Positions 48,101-60,905 of a stretch of 64,000 nucleotides of DNA are shown here, one piece after another. The position numbers and the translations under genes were made by a program. Within the stretch, counting starts at the first letter, position 1. Each line of letters begins with the position of its first letter. The notes beneath the pieces are model-generated. The model did no database searches, was not told where the DNA came from, and worked only from the letters and a program-made list of their open reading frames with translations. Source of the DNA: Eledone cirrhosa (taxonomy: Eukaryota); NCBI GenBank assembly GCA_964016885.1, contig OZ024743.1, positions 136,648,001 through 136,712,000 of the forward strand. Reading direction: 5' to 3'.

Positions 48101-51050
48101 TTGGTGTTTGGTGTTTGCTGTTTGGTCTTTGGTGCTTGGTGTTTGGTGCTTGGTGCTTGGTGTTTGGTGTTTGGTGCTTGGTGCTTGGGGTTTGGTGTTT
48201 GGTGCTTGGTACTTGGTGTTTGGTGCTTGGTGTTTGGTGTTTGCTGTTTGCTGTTTGCTTTTTGGTGTTTGGTGTTTGCTGTATGGTGTTTGCTGTTTGG
48301 TGTTTGGTGTTTGCTGTTTTGTGCTTGGTGTTTGGTGTTTGGTGTTTGGTGCTTGGTGTCTGGTGCTTGGTGTTTGGTGTTTGGTGTTTGGTGCTTGGTG
48401 TTTGGTGTTTGGTGTTTGGTGCTTGGTGCTTGGTGTTTGTTGTTTGGTGCTTTCTGCTTGCTGCTTGGCGTTTGGTGCTTGGTGCTTGGTGCTTGCTGTT
48501 TGGTGTTTGGTGCTTGGTGCTTGGTGTTTGGTGTTTGGTGTTATATGCTTGGTGTTTGATGCTTGGTGCTTGGTGCTTGGTATTTGGTGTTTGGTGCTTG
48601 GTGTTTGTACTTGGTGCTTGGTTCTTGGTTCTTGGTGCTTGGTGCTTGGTGCTGGGTGCTTGGTGCTTGGTGTTTGTGCTTGGTGTTTGGTGCTTGGTGT
48701 TTGGTGCTTGGTGCCTGGTGCTTGGTGCTTGGTGCTTGGTGTTTGGTGCTTGGTGTTTGGTGCTTGGTGTTAGGTGTTTGGTGCTTGGTGCTTGGTGTTT
48801 GGTGTTTGGTGCTTGGTGTTTGGTGCTTGGTGCTTGGTGTTTGGTGTTTGGTGCTTGGTGTTTGGTGCTTGGTACTTGGTGCTTGGTGCTTGGTGTTAGG
48901 TGTTTGGTGCTTGGTGCTTGGTGTTTGGTGTTTGGTGCTTGCTGCTGGCTGCTTGGTGTTTGGTGCTTGGTGATTGGCGCTTGGTGTTTGGTGCTTGGTG
49001 TTTGGTGTTTGGTACTAGGTGCTTGGTGTTTGGTGTTTGGTGCTTGGTGCTTGGTGTTTGGTGTTTGGTGTTTGGTGCTTGGTGCTTGGTGCTTGGTGCT
49101 GGGTGGTTGGTGTTTGGTGCTTGGTGATTAGTGTTTGGTGCTAGGTGCTTGGGGTTTGGTGTTTGGTGCTTGGTGCTTGGTGTTTGGTGCTTGGTGCTTG
49201 GTGTTTAGTGCTTGGTGCTTGGTGTTTGGTGTTTGCTGTTTGCTGTTTGGTGTTTGTTGTTTGGTGTTTGTTGATTGGTGTTTGCTGTTTGGTGTTTGGT
49301 ATTTGGTGTTTGCTGTTTGGTGTCTGCTTTTTGGTGTTTGCTGTATGTTGTTTGCTGTTTGGTGTTTGGTGTTTGGTGTTTGGTGTTTGCTGCTTGGTGC
49401 TCGGTGTTTGGTGCTTGGGGCTTGGTGTTTGGTGCCTGGTGCTTGGTACTTGGTTGTTTGGTGTTTGGTGCTTGGTGCTTGGGGCTTGGAGTTTGGTGTT
49501 TGGTGCTTGGTGCTTGGTGTTTGTACTTGGTGCTTGGTGCTTGGTGTTTGGTTCTTGGTTCTTGGTGTTTGGTACTTGGTGCTTGGTGCTTGGTGCTTGG
49601 TGTTTGGTGTTTGGTGCTTGGTGTTTGGTGCTTGCTGCTTGGTGCTTGGTGCTTGGTGTTAGGTGTTTGGTGCTTGGTGCTTGGTGTTTGGTGCTTGGTG
49701 TTTGCTGTTTGGTGTTTGGTGTTTGGTGTTTGGTGTTTGCTGTTTGGTGTCTGCTTTTTGGTGTTTGGTGTTTGCTGTATGGTGTTTGCTGTTTCGTGTT
49801 TGGTGTTTGCTGTTTGGTGTTTGGTGCTTCGTGTTTGGTGCTTGGTGTTTGGTGCTTGGTGCCTGGTGCTTGGTGCTTGGTGCTTGCTGCTGGCTGCTTG
49901 GTGTTTGGTGCTTGGTGATTAGTGCTTGGTGTTTGGTGCTTGGTGTTTGGTGTTTGGTACTAGGTGCTTGGTGTTTGGTGTTTGGTGCTTGGTGCTTGGT
50001 GTTTGGTGTTTGGTGTTTGGCGCTTGGTGCTTGGTGCTTGGTGCTGGGTGGTTGGTGTTTGGTGCTTGGTGATTAGTGTTTGGTGCTAGGTGCTTGGGGT
50101 TTGGTGTTTGGTGCTTGGTGCTTGGTGTTTGGTGCTTGGTGCTTGGTGTTTGGTGCTTGGTGCTTGGTGTTTGCTGTTTGCTGTTTGCTGTTTGGTGTTT
50201 GTTGTTTGGTGTTTGTTGATTGGTGTTTGCTGTTTGGTGCTTGGTGCTTGGTCTTTGGTGCTTGGTGTTTGGTGTTTGGTGCTTCGTGCTTTGTGTTTGG
50301 TGCTTGGTGATTAGTGTTTGGTGCTTGGTGCTTGGGGTTTGGTGTTTGGTGCTTGGTACTTGGTGTTTGGTGCTTGGTGTTTGGTGTTTGCTGTTTGGTG
50401 TTTGGTGTTTGGTGTTTGCTGTATGGTGTTTGCTGTTTCGTGTTTGGTGTTTGCTGTTTGGTGTTTGGTGTTTGCTGTTTGGTGTTTGGTCTTTGGTGCT
50501 TGGTGTTTGGTGCTTGGTGCTTGGTGTTTGGTGTTTGGTGCTTGGTGTTTGGTGTTTGGTGCTTGGTGCTTGGTGCTTGGTGTTTGGTGTTTGGTGTTTG
50601 GTGCTTGGTGTCTGGTGCTTGGTGTTTGGTGTTTGGTGTTTGGTGCTTGGTGTTTGGTGTTTGGTGTTTGGTGCTTGGTGCTTGTTGCTTGGTACTTGGT
50701 GCTTGGTGTTTGGTGCTTGGTGCTTGGTGTTTGGTGCTGGGTGCTTGGTGTTTGGTGCTTGGTGCTTGGTGCTTGGTGTTTGGTGTTTGGTGCTTGGTGC
50801 TTGGTGCTTGGTGTTTGGTGCTTGGTGCTTGGTGTTTGGTGTTTGGTGCTTGGTGTTTTATGCTTGGTGTTTGATGTTTGGTGCTTGGTGCTTGGTGTTT
50901 GGTGCTTGGTGCTTGGTGTTTGTACTTGGTGCTTGGTGCTTGGTTCTTGGTGTTTGGTGCTTGGTGCTTGGTGCTTGGTGCTTGGTGTTTGGTGCTTGGT
51001 GTTTGGTGCTTGGTGTTTGGTGCTTGGTGCCTGGTGCTTGGTGCTTGGTG
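32500..51050 (+). repeat. Three related consecutive ~6.5-6.8 kb higher-order units starting ~32.5, ~39.3 and ~45.8 kb
   Basis: Offset 6812 for 32998/39810, 33624/40436, 34676/41488, 35550/42362, 36320/43132. Offset 6497-6545 for 39307/45804, 41488/47985, 42597/49135, 43556/50080, 44333/50878. AGCT marker at 33286, 40098, 46595. Confidence 0.88.
43520..45600 (+). repeat. 1063-bp tandem duplication
   Basis: ORF pairs 43556/44619, 43696/44759, 43790/44853, 44333/45396. 1063 = 152x7 - 1, one TTGTAC per copy. Confidence 0.9.
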
Positions 51051-54000
51051 CTTGGTGTTTGGTGCTTGGTGTTTGGTGCTTGGTATTAGGTGTTTGGTGC
51101 TTGGTGCTTGGTGTTTGGTGTTTGGTGCTTGGTGTTTGGTGCTTGGTGCTTGGTGTTTGGTGTTTGGTGCTTGGTGTTTGGTGCTTGGTACTTGGTGCTT
51201 GGTGCTTGGTGTTAGGTGTTTGGTGCTTGGTGCTTGGTGTTTGGTTTTTGGTGCTTGATGCTTGGTGTTTGGTGTTTGGTGCTTGCTGCTGGCTGCTTGG
51301 TGTTTGGTGCTTGGTTTTTGGTGCTAGGTGCTTGGTGCTTGGTGTTTGGTGCTTGGTGTTTGGTGTTTGCCGCTTGGTGCTTGGGGCTTGGTGTTTGGTA
51401 CTTGGTGCTTGGTGCTTGGTGTTTGGTGCTTGGTGCTTGGTGTATGGTGTTTGGTGTTTGGTGCTTGGTGTTTGGTGTTTGGTGCTTGGTGCTTGGTGTT
51501 TGTTGCTTGGTACTTGGTTCATGGTGTTGGGTGCTTGGTGCTTGGTGTTTGGTGTTTGGTGCTTGGTGTTTGGTGTTTGGTGCTTGGTGCTTGGTGTTTG
51601 TTGCTTGGTACTTGGTGCATGGTGTTTGGTGCTGGGTGCTCGGTGTTTGGTGCTTGGTGTTTGGTGCTTGGTGCTTGGTGTTTGGTGTTTGGTGTTTGAT
51701 GCTTGGTGTTTGATGCTTGGTGCTTGGTGCTTGGTGTTTGGTGCTTGGAGTTTGTACTTGGTGCTTGGTGTTTTGTGCTTGGTTCTTTGTGTTTGGTGTT
51801 TGGTGCTTGGTGCTTGGTGCTTGGTGTTAGGTGTTTGGTGCTTGGTGCTTGGTGTTTGGTGTTTGGTCCTTGGTGCTTGGTGTTTAGTGCTTGGTGCTTG
51901 GTGTTTGTTGTTTGGTGCTTTCTGCTTGCTGCTTGGCGTTTGGTGCTTGGTGCTTGGTGCTTGGTGTTTGGTGTTTGGTGCTAGGTGCTTGGTGTTTGGT
52001 GTTTGGTGTTTGGTGCTTGGTGCTTGGTGTTTGGTGCTTGGTGCTTGGTGTTTGGTGTTTGGTGTTTGGTGCTTGGTGCTTGGTGTTTGGTGCTTGGTGC
52101 TTGGTGCTGGGTGGTTGGTATTTGGTGCTTGGTGCTTGGTGTTTGGTGCTTGGTGCTTGGTGCTTGGTGTTTGGTGCTTGGTGCTTGGTGCTTGGTCTTT
52201 GGTGCTTGGTGTTTGGTGCTTGGTGCTTGGTGCTTGGTGTTTGGTGCTTGGTGTTTGGTGTTTGGTGCTTGGTGCTTGGTGCTTGGTGTTTGGTGTTTGG
52301 TGTTTGGTGCTTGGTGTCTGGTGCTTGGTGTTTGGTGTTTGGTGTTTGGTGCTTGGTGTTTGGTGTTTGGTGTTTGGTGCTTGGTGCTTGTTGCTTGGTA
52401 CTTGGTGCTTGGTGTTTGGTGCTTGGTGCTTGGTGTTTGGTGCTGGGTGCTTGGTGTTTGGTGCTTGGTGCTTGGTGCTTGGTGTTTGGTGTTTGGTGCT
52501 TGGTGCTTGGTGCTTGGTGTTTGGTGCTTGGTGCTTGGTGTTTGGTGTTTGGTGCTTGGTGTTTTATGCTTGGTGTTTGATGTTTGGTGCTTGGTGCTTG
52601 GTGTTTGGTGCTTGGTGCTTGGTGTTTGTACTTGGTGCTTGGTGCTTGGTTCTTGGTGTTTGGTGCTTGGTGCTTGGTGCTTGGTGCTTGGTGTTTGGTG
52701 CTTGGTGTTTGGTGCTTGGTGTTTGGTGCTTGGTGCCTGGTGCTTGGTGCTTGGTGCTTGGTGTTTGGTGCTTGGTGTTTGGTGCTTGGTATTAGGTGTT
52801 TGGTGCTTGGTGCTTGGTGTTTGGTGTTTGGTGCTTGGTGTTTGGTGCTTGGTGCTTGGTGTTTGGTGTTTGGTGCTTGGTGTTTGGTGTTTGGTTTTTG
52901 GTGCTTGGTGCTTGGTGTTTGGTGTTTGGTGCTTGCTGCTGGCTGCTTGGTGTTTGGTGCTTGGTGATTGGTGCTTGGTGTTTGGTGCTTGGTGTTTGGT
53001 GTTTGGTACTAGGTGCTTGGTGCTTGGTGTTTGGTGCTTGGTGCTTGGTGTTTGGTGTTTGGTGCTTGGTGTTTGGTGTTTGGTGCTTGGTGCTGGGTGC
53101 TGGGTGGTTGGTGTTTGGTGTTTGGTGTTTGGTGCTGGGTGCTTGGTGTTTGGTGCTTGGTGCTTGGTCTTTGGTGTTTGGTGTTTGGTGTTTGGTGCTT
53201 GGTGCTTGGTGCTTGGTGTTTGGTGCTTGGTGCTTGGTGTTTGGTGCTTGGTGCTTAGTGGTTGGTGCTAGGTGCTTGGGGTTTGGTGTTTGGTGCTTGG
53301 TGCTTGGTGTTTGGTGTTTGGTGCTTGGTGTTTGGTGTTTGGTGCTTGGTGCTTGGTGTTTGGTGTTTGGTGTTTGCTGTTTGGTGTTTGGTGTTTGGTG
53401 TTTGCTGTTTGGTGTCTGCTTTTTGGTGTTTGGTGTTGGCTGTATGTTATTTGCTGTTTGGTGTTTGGTGTTTGGTGTTTGGTGCTTGGTGCTTGGTGTT
53501 TGGTGTTTGGTGCTTGGTGCTTGGAGTTTGGTGTTTGGTGCTTGGTGCTTGGTGTTTTGTGTTTGGTGTTTGGTTTTTGGTGCTTGGTGCTTGGTGCTTG
53601 TTGCTTGGTCCTTGGTGTTTGGTGCTTGGTGCTTGGTGTTTGTACTTGGTGCTTGGTGCTTGGTGTTTGGTTCTTGGTTCTTGGTGTTTGGTACTTGGTG
53701 CTTGGTGCTTGGTGCTTGGTGTTTGGTGTTTGGTGCTTGGTGTTTGGTGCTTGGTGCTTGGTGCTTGGTGTTAGGTGTTTGGTGCTTGGTGCTTGGTGTT
53801 TGGTGTTTGGTGCTTGCTGCTGGCTGCTTGGTGTTTGGTGCTTGGTGATTGGCGCTTGGTGTTTGGTGCTTGGTGTTTGGTGTTTGGTACTAGGTGCTTG
53901 GTGTTTGGTGTTTGGTGCTTGGTGCTTGGTGTTTGGTGTTTGGTGTTTGGTGCTTGGTGCTTGGTGCTTGGTGCTGGGTGGTTGGTGTTTGGTGCTTGGT

Positions 54001-57000
54001 GATTAGTGTTTGGTGCTAGGTGCTTGGGGTTTGGTGTTTGGTGCTTGGTGCTTGGTGTTTGGTGCTTGGTGCTTGGTGTTTAGTGCTTGGTGCTTGGTGT
54101 TTGGTGTTTGCTGTTTGCTGTTTGGTGTTTGTTGTTTGGTGTTTGTTGATTGGTGTTTGCTGTTTGGTGTTTGGTATTTGGTGTTTGCTGTTTGGTGTCT
54201 GCTTTTTGGTGTTTGGTGTTTGCTGTATGTTGTTTGCTGTTTGGTGTTTGGTGTTTGGTGTTTGGTGTTTGCTGCTTGGTGCTCGGTGTTTGGTGCTTGG
54301 GGCTTGGTGTTTGGTGCCTGGTGCTTGGTACTTGGTTGTTTGGTGTTTGGTGCTTGGTGCTTGGGGCTTGGAGTTTGGTGTTTGGTGCTTGGTGCTTGGT
54401 GTTTGTACTTGGTGCTTGGTGCTTGGTGTTTGGTTCTTGGTTCTTGGTGTTTGGTACTTGGTGCTTGGTGCTTGGTGCTTGGTGTTTGGTGTTTGGTGCT
54501 TGGTGTTTGGTGCTTGCTGCTTGGTGCTTGGTGCTTGGTGTTAGGTGTTTGGTGCTTGGTGCTTGGTGTTTGGTGCTTGGTGTTTGCTGTTTGGTGTTTG
54601 GTGTTTGGTGTTTGGTGTTTGCTGTTTGGTGTCTGCTTTTTGGTGTTTGGTGTTTGCTGTATGGTGTTTGCTGTTTCGTGTTTGGTGTTTGCTGTTTGGT
54701 GTTTGGTGCTTCGTGTTTGGTGCTTGGTGTTTGGTGCTTGGTGCCTGGTGCTTGGTGCTTGGTGCTTGCTGCTGGCTGCTTGGTGTTTGGTGCTTGGTGA
54801 TTAGTGCTTGGTGTTTGGTGCTTGGTGTTTGGTGTTTGGTACTAGGTGCTTGGTGTTTGGTGTTTGGTGCTTGGTGCTTGGTGTTTGGTGTTTGGTGTTT
54901 GGCGCTTGGTGCTTGGTGCTTGGTGCTGGGTGGTTGGTGTTTGGTGCTTGGTGATTAGTGTTTGGTGCTAGGTGCTTGGGGTTTGGTGTTTGGTGCTTGG
55001 TGCTTGGTGTTTGGTGCTTGGTGCTTGGTGTTTGGTGCTTGGTGCTTGGTGTTTGCTGTTTGCTGTTTGCTGTTTGGTGTTTGTTGTTTGGTGTTTGTTG
55101 ATTGGTGTTTGCTGTTTGGTGCTTGGTGCTTGGTCTTTGGTGCTTGGTGTTTGGTGTTTGGTGCTTCGTGCTTTGTGTTTGGTGCTTGGTGATTAGTGTT
55201 TGGTGCTTGGTGCTTGGGGTTTGGTGTTTGGTGCTTGGTACTTGGTGTTTGGTGCTTGGTGTTTGGTGTTTGCTGTTTGGTGTTTGGTGTTTGGTGTTTG
55301 CTGTATGGTGTTTGCTGTTTCGTGTTTGGTGTTTGCTGTTTGGTGTTTGGTGTTTGCTGTTTGGTGTTTGGTCTTTGGTGCTTGGTGTTTGGTGCTTGGT
55401 GCTTGGTGTTTGGTGTTTGGTGCTTGGTGTTTGGTGTTTGGTGCTTGGTGCTTGGTGCTTGGTGTTTGGTGTTTGGTGTTTGGTGCTTGGTGTCTGGTGC
55501 TTGGTGTTTGGTGTTTGGTGTTTGGTGCTTGGTGTTTGGTGTTTGGTGTTTGGTGCTTGGTGCTTGTTGCTTGGTACTTGGTGCTTGGTGTTTGGTGCTT
55601 GGTGCTTGGTGTTTGGTGCTGGGTGCTTGGTGTTTGGTGCTTGGTGCTTGGTGCTTGGTGTTTGGTGTTTGGTGCTTGGTGCTTGGTGCTTGGTGTTTGG
55701 TGCTTGGTGCTTGGTGTTTGGTGTTTGGTGCTTGGTGTTTTATGCTTGGTGTTTGATGTTTGGTGCTTGGTGCTTGGTGTTTGGTGCTTGGTGCTTGGTG
55801 TTTGTACTTGGTGCTTGGTGCTTGGTTCTTGGTGTTTGGTGCTTGGTGCTTGGTGCTTGGTGCTTGGTGTTTGGTGCTTGGTGTTTGGTGCTTGGTGTTT
55901 GGTGCTTGGTGCCTGGTGCTTGGTGCTTGGTGCTTGGTGTTTGGTGCTTGGTGTTTGGTGCTTGGTATTAGGTGTTTGGTGCTTGGTGCTTGGTGTTTGG
56001 TGTTTGGTGCTTGGTGTTTGGTGCTTGGTGCTTGGTGTTTGGTGTTTGGTGCTTGGTGTTTGGTGCTTGGTACTTGGTGCTTGGTGCTTGGTGTTAGGTG
56101 TTTGGTGCTTGGTGCTTGGTGTTTGGTTTTTGGTGCTTGATGCTTGGTGTTTGGTGTTTGGTGCTTGCTGCTGGCTGCTTGGTGTTTGGTGCTTGGTTTT
56201 TGGTGCTAGGTGCTTGGTGCTTGGTGTTTGGTGCTTGGTGTTTGGTGTTTGCCGCTTGGTGCTTGGGGCTTGGTGTTTGGTACTTGGTGCTTGGTGCTTG
56301 GTGTTTGGTGCTTGGTGCTTGGTGTATGGTGTTTGGTGTTTGGTGCTTGGTGTTTGGTGTTTGGTGCTTGGTGCTTGGTGTTTGTTGCTTGGTACTTGGT
56401 TCATGGTGTTGGGTGCTTGGTGCTTGGTGTTTGGTGTTTGGTGCTTGGTGTTTGGTGTTTGGTGCTTGGTGCTTGGTGTTTGTTGCTTGGTACTTGGTGC
56501 ATGGTGTTTGGTGCTGGGTGCTCGGTGTTTGGTGCTTGGTGTTTGGTGCTTGGTGCTTGGTGTTTGGTGTTTGGTGTTTGATGCTTGGTGTTTGATGCTT
56601 GGTGCTTGGTGCTTGGTGTTTGGTGCTTGGAGTTTGTACTTGGTGCTTGGTGTTTTGTGCTTGGTTCTTTGTGTTTGGTGTTTGGTGCTTGGTGCTTGGT
56701 GCTTGGTGTTAGGTGTTTGGTGCTTGGTGCTTGGTGTTTGGTGTTTGGTCCTTGGTGCTTGGTGTTTAGTGCTTGGTGCTTGGTGTTTGTTGTTTGGTGC
56801 TTTCTGCTTGCTGCTTGGCGTTTGGTGCTTGGTGCTTGGTGCTTGGTGTTTGGTGTTTGGTGCTAGGTGCTTGGTGTTTGGTGTTTGGTGTTTGGTGCTT
56901 GGTGCTTGGTGTTTGGTGCTTGGTGCTTGGTGTTTGGTGTTTGGTGTTTGGTGCTTGGTGCTTGGTGTTTGGTGCTTGGTGCTTGGTGCTGGGTGGTTGG

Positions 57001-58680
57001 TATTTGGTGCTTGGTGCTTGGTGTTTGGTGCTTGGTGCTTGGTGCTTGGTGTTTGGTGCTTGGTGCTTGGTGCTTGGTCTTTGGTGCTTGGTGTTTGGTG
57101 CTTGGTGCTTGGTGCTTGGTGTTTGGTGCTTGGTGTTTGGTGTTTGGTGCTTGGTGCTTGGTGCTTGGTGTTTGGTGTTTGGTGTTTGGTGCTTGGTGTC
57201 TGGTGCTTGGTGTTTGGTGTTTGGTGTTTGGTGCTTGGTGTTTGGTGTTTGGTGTTTGGTGCTTGGTGCTTGTTGCTTGGTACTTGGTGCTTGGTGTTTG
57301 GTGCTTGGTGCTTGGTGTTTGGTGCTGGGTGCTTGGTGTTTGGTGCTTGGTGCTTGGTGCTTGGTGTTTGGTGTTTGGTGCTTGGTGCTTGGTGCTTGGT
57401 GTTTGGTGCTTGGTGCTTGGTGTTTGGTGTTTGGTGCTTGGTGTTTTATGCTTGGTGTTTGATGTTTGGTGCTTGGTGCTTGGTGTTTGGTGCTTGGTGC
57501 TTGGTGTTTGTACTTGGTGCTTGGTGCTTGGTTCTTGGTGTTTGGTGCTTGGTGCTTGGTGCTTGGTGCTTGGTGTTTGGTGCTTGGTGTTTGGTGCTTG
57601 GTGTTTGGTGCTTGGTGCCTGGTGCTTGGTGCTTGGTGCTTGGTGTTTGGTGCTTGGTGTTTGGTGCTTGGTATTAGGTGTTTGGTGCTTGGTGCTTGGT
57701 GTTTGGTGTTTGGTGCTTGGTGTTTGGTGCTTGGTGCTTGGTGTTTGGTGTTTGGTGCTTGGTGTTTGGTGTTTGGTTTTTGGTGCTTGGTGCTTGGTGT
57801 TTGGTGTTTGGTGCTTGCTGCTGGCTGCTTGGTGTTTGGTGCTTGGTGATTGGTGCTTGGTGTTTGGTGCTTGGTGTTTGGTGTTTGGTACTAGGTGCTT
57901 GGTGCTTGGTGTTTGGTGCTTGGTGCTTGGTGTTTGGTGTTTGGTGCTTGGTGTTTGGTGTTTGGTGCTTGGTGCTGGGTGCTGGGTGGTTGGTGTTTGG
58001 TGTTTGGTGTTTGGTGCTGGGTGCTTGGTGTTTGGTGCTTGGTGCTTGGTCTTTGGTGTTTGGTGTTTGGTGTTTGGTGCTTGGTGCTTGGTGCTTGGTG
58101 TTTGGTGCTTGGTGCTTGGTGTTTGGTGCTTGGTGCTTAGTGGTTGGTGCTAGGTGCTTGGGGTTTGGTGTTTGGTGCTTGGTGCTTGGTGTTTGGTGTT
58201 TGGTGCTTGGTGTTTGGTGTTTGGTGCTTGGTGCTTGGTGTTTGGTGTTTGGTGTTTGCTGTTTGGTGTTTGGTGTTTGGTGTTTGCTGTTTGGTGTCTG
58301 CTTTTTGGTGTTTGGTGTTGGCTGTATGTTATTTGCTGTTTGGTGTTTGGTGTTTGGTGTTTGGTGCTTGGTGCTTGGTGTTTGGTGTTTGGTGCTTGGT
58401 GCTTGGAGTTTGGTGTTTGGTGCTTGGTGCTTGGTGTTTTGTGTTTGGTGTTTGGTTTTTGGTGCTTGGTGCTTGGTGCTTGTTGCTTGGTCCTTGGTGT
58501 TTGGTGCTTGGTGCTTGGTGTTTGTACTTGGTGCTTGGTGCTTGGTGTTTGGTTCTTGGTTCTTGGTGTTTGGTACTTGGTGCTTGGTGCTTGGTGCTTG
58601 GTGTTTGGTGTTTGGTGCTTGGTGTTTGGTGCTTGGTGCTTGGTGCTTGGTGTTAGGTGTTTGGTGCTTGGTGCTTGGTG
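48876..58680 (+). repeat. Near-perfect tandem duplication of a 4875/4882-bp unit (~48876-53750 / ~53751-58680)
   Basis: ORF pairs 48900/53775, 49135/54010 (4875), then 49663/54545, 50318/55200 (identical 825-aa frames), 51985/56867, 53262/58144 (4882). Differ by one heptamer near 49335. Private markers TTGCCGC (51367/56249) and TTAGTGG-TTGGTGC-TAGG (53255/58137) are shared. Confidence 0.96.
50530..52960 (+). repeat. 1706-bp offset internal duplication nested in the 4882-bp unit (also 55.4-57.8 kb)
   Basis: ORF pairs 50878/52584 and 55760/57466; ordered markers CTGGTGC, TTTATGC, TTGTAC, TTGGTAT-TAGGTGT repeat. 1706 = 244x7 - 2. Confidence 0.85.
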
Positions 58681-60793
58681 TTTGGTGCTTGGTGTTTGGT
58701 GTTTGCTGTTTGGTGTTTGGTGCTTGGTGTTTGGTGTTTGCTGTTTGGTGTCTGCTTTTTGGTGTTTGGTGTTTGCTGTATGGTGTTTGCTGTTTCGTGT
58801 TTGGTGTTTGGTGTTTGGTGTTTGGTGTTTGCTGTTTGGTGTTTGGTCTTTGGTGCTTGGTGTTTGGTGCTTGGTGCTTGGTGTTTGGTGTTTGGTGCTT
58901 GGTGCTTGGTGCTTCGTGTTTGGTGTTTGGTGCTTGGTGTCTGGAGCTTGGTGTTTGGTGTTTGGTGCTTGGTGTTTGGTGTTTGGTGCTTGGTGCTTGG
59001 TGTCTGGTGCTTGGTGCTTGGTGTTTGTACTTGGTACTTGGTGCTTGGTGTTTGGTGCTTGGTTCTTGGTGTTTGGTGCTTGGTGTTTGGTGCTTGGTGC
59101 TTGGTGTTTGGTGGTTGGTGCTTGGTGTTTGGTGTTTGGTGCTTGGTGCTTGGTGCTTGGTGTTTGGTGTTTGGTGCTTGATGCTTGGTGTTTGGTGTTT
59201 GGTTCTTGGTGCTTGGTATTTGGTGCTTGGTGCTTGCTGCTTGGTGTTTGGTGCTTGGTGATTGATGCTTGGTGTTTGATGCTTGGTGCTTGGTGTTTGG
59301 TTTTTGGTGCTAGGTGCTTGGTGCTTGGTGTTTGGTGCTTGGTGTTTGGTGTTTGCTGCTTGGTGCTTGGGGCTTGGTGTTTGGTACTTGGTGCTTGGTG
59401 CTTGGTGTTTGGTGCTTGGTGCTTGGTGTATGGTGTTTGGTGTTTGGTGCTTGGTGTTTGGTGTTTGGTGCTTGGTGCTTGGTGTTTGTTGCTTGATACT
59501 TGGTTCATGGTGTTTGGTGCTGGGTGCTTGGTGTTGGGTGCTTGGTGCTTGGTGTTTGGTGTTTGGTGCTTGGTGTTTGGTGTTTGGTGCTTGGTGCTTG
59601 GTGTTTGTTGCTTGGTACTTGGTGCATGGTGTTTGGTGCTGGGTGCTTGGTGTTTGGTGCTTGGTGTTTGGTGCTTGGTGCTTGGTGTTTGGTGTTTGGT
59701 GTTTGATGCTTGGTGTTTGATGCTTGGTGCTTGGTGCTTGGTGTTTGGTGCTTGGAGTTTGTACTTGGTGCTTGGTGTTTTGTGCTTGGTTCTTTGTGTT
59801 TGGTGTTTGGTGCTTGGTGCTTGGTGCTTGGTGTTAGGTGTTTGGTGCTTGGTGCTTGGTGTTTGGTGTTTGGTCCTTGGTGCTTGGTGTTTAGTGCTTG
59901 GTGCTTGGTGTTTGTTGTTTGGTGCTTTCTGCTTGCTGCTTGGCGTTTGGTGCTTGGTGCTTGGTGCTTGGTGTTTGGTGTTTGGTGCTAGGTGCTTGGT
60001 GTTTGGTGTTTGGTGTTTGGTGCTTGGTGCTTGGTGTTTGGTGCTTGGTGCTTGGTGTTTGGTGTTTGGTGTTTGGTGCTTGGTGCTTGGTGTTTGGTGC
60101 TTGGTGCTTGGTGCTGGGTGGTTGGTATTTGGTGCTTGGTGCTTGGTGTTTGGTGCTTGGTGCTTGGTGCTTGGTGTTTGGTGCTTGGTGCTTGGTGCTT
60201 GGTCTTTGGTGCTTGGTGTTTGGTGCTTGGTGCTTGGTGCTTGGTGTTTGGTGCTTGGTGATTAGTGTTTGGTGCTTGGTGCTTGGGGTTTGGTGTTTGG
60301 TGCTTGGTACTTGGTGTTTGGTGCTTGGTGTTTGGTGTTTGCTGTTTGGTGTTTGGTGTTTGCTGTTTGCTGTTTGCTGTTTGCTTTTTGGTGTTTGGTG
60401 TTTGCTGTATGGTGTTTGCTGTTTGGTGTTTGGTGTTTGGTGTTTGCTGTTTGGTCTTTGGTGCTTGGTGTTTGGTGCTTGGTGCTTGGTGTTTGGTGTT
60501 TGGTGCTTGGTGCTTGGTGTTTGGTGTTTGTTGCTTGGTGCTTGGTGCTTGGTGTTTGGTGTTTGGTGTTTGGTGCTTGGTGTCTGGTGCTTGGTGTTTG
60601 GTGTTTGGTGTTTGGTGCTTGGTGTTTGGTGTTTGGTGTTTGGTGCTTGGTGTTTGGTGTTTGGTGTTTGGTGTTTGGTGCTTGTTGCTTGGTGCTTGGT
60701 GCTTGGTGTTTGGTTCTTGGTTCTTGGTGTTTGGTACTTGGTGCTTGGTGTTTGGTGCTGGGTGCTTGGTGTTTGGTGCTTGGTGCTTGGTGC

Positions 60794-60905
60794 TTGCTGT
60801 TTGGTGTTTGGTGCTTGGTGCTTGGTGTTTGGTGTTTGGTGTTATATGCTTGCTGTTTGGTGTTTGGTGCTTGGTGCTTGGTGTTTGGTGTTTGGTGTTA
60901 TATGC
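60794..60905 (+). repeat. 56-bp (8-unit) micro-duplication
   Basis: TATATGC at 60843 and 60899, each preceded by TTGCTGT and the same C/T unit order. Confidence 0.9.
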
